A stretch of 63,773 nucleotides of DNA, counting the filler, from Octopus bimaculoides (Eukaryota), in the NCBI RefSeq assembly GCF_001194135.2. It is 6 parts of 5 records of this genome, joined end to end, with 100 filler letters (N's around TTAATTAATTAA, not from the genome) between each part and the next. Parts side by side here need not be neighbours in the genome. Positions count along the whole stretch, not along the records: positions 58,086 to 62,585 come from NC_068983.1; positions 62,686 to 63,773 come from NW_026345660.1; 4 more parts are not named here. One strand, given 5' to 3'. Shown here one piece after another: positions 62,243-63,773 of the stretch. The translations under genes were made by a program, and so were the position numbers. Every line of letters starts with the position of its first letter. The first letter of the stretch is position 1. The notes beneath the pieces were generated by a model. It was not told where the DNA came from. It ran no database searches and was given only the letters and a program-made list of their open reading frames with translations.

Positions 62243-62585
62243 CAGACAGTACACCAAATCGCTTGTCCAATGGTTATAATGGAAGCGCGCCAGTCAGGAA
62301 TCTGTCAGCCTGACGACGAAAAATTTTCAAATGGCAGAATATCTTCCCCGAATACGAACCTGGAAGGTCACTTAGACGGGATTTGTCCCAAATTAAGCCC
62401 CCAAAGTTCACCACCACAACGACCACAAAATCAAAAATGTAAAAGAATTAAATGGAACCGAGAAGAATATAAAGAAGTAATATACGCTTATTACTTTGCA
62501 TTAAGTAGGCCAACCCAAGAGAAACACACCGCAAACTCCTACAGAATTTGGAGGAGCCGGAATCCAGCTAGCAGACCAAATCTAG
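62243..62585 (+). mobile_element. 5' end of an R4/Dong-like non-LTR retrotransposon ORF, truncated by the join
   Basis: KRIKWNREEYKEVIYAYY...YRIWRSRNP..RPNL resembles the R.KW..EE...V..CYY Myb-like N-terminus of R4/Dong ORFs. Confidence 0.65.
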
Positions 62586-62685
62586 NNNNNNNNNNNNNNN
62601 NNNNNNNNNNNNNNNNNNNNNNNNNNNNNTTAATTAATTAANNNNNNNNNNNNNNNNNNNNNNNNNNNNNNNNNNNNNNNNNNNN
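62586..62685. other. Scaffolding join (44N + TTAATTAATTAA + 44N)
   Basis: Same construct. Confidence 0.9.
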
Positions 62686-63044
62686 CGGCCAGACGAGAAA
62701 AATTATGTGTGTATGAACGCTATATATATATATATGAGTACAGGACGCCACAAATTGTGTAAATAACATGAAGTACGAAAACAAATGTCTTAAATACACA
62801 AAGAACAAGTGAAAAAAATAAAGAAAAACATGACAAGCTACAGAGAAAACAATAAATCAACTTTGCCTGAACAGGGGGCACAAGTGTGCCATATGTCAGA
62901 TGTCGAAGTAGTCGCAGAGCAATGACAGATGAAGTGTTTTGCTCGAAAGCACAATGCAGTGCTTAGTCCAGGAACCGAAACCGTGATCTTGAGATCATGA
63001 GCGCAATACCCTATCCATTAGGCCACATGCCCTTACACACATAT

Positions 63045-63310
63045 CATCACCACCATGATCATCATTTAACATCCGTTGTCCATGCTGGTATGGGTTGGAC
63101 AGTTTGACCAGGGCTGGCACGCTGGAGGGCTGCATCAGATTTCACATTGCTTCTCACAGCTGGATGCCCTTCCTAATGCCAACCACTTCAAGAGTGTAGT
63201 GGGTGTTTTTTACGTGCCACCGTCACAGGTGACATTTGTGTGACACCAGTATCTGCCATGACTGCGGTTTTACTTGGCTTGATGGGTCTTCTTCTCGAGC
63301 ACAATGTAAT
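63045..63310 (-). mobile_element. RTE-type 3' tail
   Basis: catttaacatccg.tgtccatgctgg.atggg...gctggatgcccttcctaatgccaacc. Confidence 0.75.
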
Positions 63311-63773
63311 ACATATATACACATATATATAAATTGTAAATGCAAAAATAAAAACAAAAACACAAAGGATTCTGCGGTAGACGTGTTTCAAGCTTTATAG
63401 CTGTTACATCAATTGTATAATTGACCGTATAAAGCTATCTTCAGCCGCAAATGTATTCTCTCCCAAGAATTATATCACATAGGCGTTAAAGGAGGAAGAA
63501 AGATGAGATATAAGAGGTGACGTTCCGTTTGGTATTTTGCATTGTACTATACCTCGTAGAATTCTTAATTTGATATATTTATACATAATTTTCTCGGTAC
63601 TCCGGAATCCGTCCATACCTTGCCACAATTCAGTGTGTAGTGTTAAGTTGGTGGTTAAAAACAATACAATAAAATAACATAACAAAAATGAAATAATAAT
63701 ATAAAATAAAATAGGAATATAAAATACTAAGAAGAAAAAATAATACAGATATTCATACAAAAATAAAACTAAA

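Noticed and set aside
61853-62257. Cys/Tyr-rich, poly-Leu and poly-Ala/Val ORFs resembling keratin-associated or metallothionein-like proteins
   Set aside because: All frames are explained by the trinucleotide array; no splice or codon evidence.
62301-62338. CTGACGA...GAAA flanked by tctgtca/tggcaga complementarity
   Set aside because: No stem II between the core halves, stem I does not abut the core, and it lies within the R4-like ORF.

Overview
This is AT-rich, gap-ridden eukaryotic DNA. The microsatellite load, the tRNA-derived SINE families and the LINE mix strongly resemble an octopus (coleoid cephalopod) genome; that is an inference from repeat style, not a database match. No intact protein-coding gene is visible. 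Almost all supplied ORFs are translations of (TG)n/(TA)n/(CATA)n repeats, N-gaps or decayed transposons. The window is stitched from six pieces by five identical 100-nt scaffolding joins (44N-TTAATTAATTAA-44N). It contains four SINE families (labelled A-D here, my own labels) and LINE remnants: RTE, CR1, L1/Tx1, and restriction-like-endonuclease elements of HERO and R4/Dong type. It also contains DNA transposon remnants (Tc1/mariner, pogo/Tigger, piggyBac, hAT MITEs, Helitron) and a few candidate host micro-exons. The two strongest signals are RNA-structural. (1) A near-canonical type I hammerhead ribozyme with a palindromic, dimer-type stem III and a Schistosoma-like loop II sits in a ~200-nt highly folded retrozyme-like element at 22051-22254, and further degenerate hammerhead-like motifs occur elsewhere. 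(2) An array of five tandem hairpins with an invariant GAAAGA loop and fully co-varying stems lies in the 5' UTR of a HERO-like retrotransposon at 17584-17679. All coordinates and alignments were read by eye; TE boundaries are approximate.
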